Positions 62,680-64,000 of a DNA stretch of 64,000 bases are shown here, piece by piece; position 1 is the first letter of the stretch, and every line of letters begins with the position of its first letter. The position numbers and the translations under genes were made by a program. The stretch is from Eledone cirrhosa. Lineage: Eukaryota. The DNA is taken from contig OZ024744.1 of assembly GCA_964016885.1 (NCBI GenBank), positions 58,652,001-58,716,000 of the forward strand, read 5' to 3'. The notes beneath the pieces are model-generated. The model made no database searches. It worked only from the letters and a program-made list of their open reading frames with translations, and was not told where the DNA came from.

Positions 62680-63900
62680 ACATCATCAGGCGTTCTCAGC
62701 CGAAATGGACTCAACAATTGATCCTCTAGTGGGTCTGTCGTTCATTGCCGTTGCCAAGTGCTGGATTTCAATACCAGTATCTCTAGAGATGACATCGGGA
62801 TAGGAGAGCTTGTGACCCCTGTTATTAGTGACCGCTTGTGGTTTCCAAAGCACTAATGGAGACACAGCCTCATAGGTGGCACGATGGCAATGGTCAGCAA
62901 ATCTTACTCTCCTTTTACGTACAACATCAGATATGCGTGGGAGGCCGGCATATATTTCTCTCAAAGTCAGATGTCGCCAGCTTATGTTCTGAATGTGTTG
63001 AAGTAGGCGAGTGTAAGTGTCATCAAGGTGCTCTTGTTTGGGTGAAAACGTCCGTGTTTCACTTCCATATAGCAAGATTAGTTGAATTGTTACTTGGAAG
63101 AGTCTGATTTTGGTGTGGTTGGAAAGATTTGAGCCCCAAACTCAATCCATCTTATTGAACACTGACCATGCTTGGGCCCTTCTGTGGTTAAATCCTTCTC
63201 AGAGTCCATGATCCAGGACCCAAGATACTTGAAATCCTCGACTTGCTTGCAGAGACATTCTGTTTGAAATTCTACCCTTGTATGGCATCCCAGCAAGACT
63301 TGTGGAAGCAATTAAGGCTCTGTATCTCAACACAAGTGCCAGTATCATCACCCCTGATGGCCCAACAGAGTTCTTTGACATCTCAGCAGGAGTGCTGCAG
63401 GATGACACTCTTGCCCCATTCCTCTTTATCATTGCACTAGACTATGCCCTGAGACTCTCCATTGACAAAATCAATAACAAAGGTATAACCATCAAACCCC
63501 ACTTGAGCTCTAGGCACCCCTCCAAACATCTCACTGACCTCGAATTTGCAGATGACATTGCACTTCTTGCAGATTGCCTAGAAAATACACAACAATTTTT
63601 GACATCTCTCCAGGAAGCAAGCCGCCTTGTTGGCCTTCATCTCAACGAGGGTAAACCAGAGTACATATCAAATTGTACAGGCAACAGGATCAAAGTAAAG
63701 TTTCAATTGCTTCGCCAATAAGTCATCCAGCACACCAGACCATGTATATACACGGAAAAAACTGTAATACAGGAATCAGAAACTGGATGGCAACTGGGAA
63801 TTGTAATGAGTAATAACGCATAATTCCATCAATATGTTACCAAAATACCAAAAACATACGCGTGAAGATTACCGGAATGGACTTTGAGAACTTTCAGACC
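62240..63900 (+). mobile_element. Old CR1-like LINE RT remnant interrupted by an RTE insertion
   Basis: IYLDFAKASDKVSH, VLGPLLFV, YADDIKI, WTEENKVKF..KFQ|LL reading across the TSD. Right boundary approximate. Confidence 0.7.
62626..63693 (-). mobile_element. 5'-inverted RTE-clade LINE insertion with (TGA)n tail and 12-bp TSD
   Basis: 3' part on - (KQVEDFKYLG, LLYGSET, tail seen as (CAT)n). Upstream RT part on + (YGIP..VLQDDTLAPFLF..FADDIALL..GLHLN). agtaaagtttca at 62614-62625 and 63694-63705. Confidence 0.9.
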
Positions 63901-64000
63901 ACGAACATAAGAGGTCATATTTGTTCTCTAGAAAACCCTATTTGAACTAGAAGCAATCCAAAAGAACTACACAAAATGATTGATTCCTTGCACCAGATGA

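Overview
Animal genomic DNA made almost entirely of retroelements. The SINE families suggest an octopod cephalopod (inference). No host gene is supportable. Left part (1 to ~37.2 kb; the window opens inside it): an array of non-LTR retrotransposons strung together on (TTA)n microsatellite linkers. Tx1/L1-clade elements (ORF1 with CCHC knuckle; ORF2 with APE, RT and zinc finger; families labelled A-D here) are always on +. R4/Dong-clade elements (RT plus restriction-like endonuclease; two subfamilies) are always on -. One Tx1 copy (12624-18650) has both ORFs intact. Right part (~37.2-64 kb): AT-rich DNA with many (TA)n tracts. It holds two Penelope-like elements, many short (TA)n-embedded fragments carrying minimal hammerhead ribozyme motifs, several near-perfect 250-450 bp palindromes, RTE, CR1, R4 and Tigger remnants, tRNA-derived SINEs, Helitron-like minis, and an RTE insertion with a twin-priming-type 5' inversion and 12-bp TSD. 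All alignments and folds were done by eye; boundaries are approximate to a few nt unless stated.
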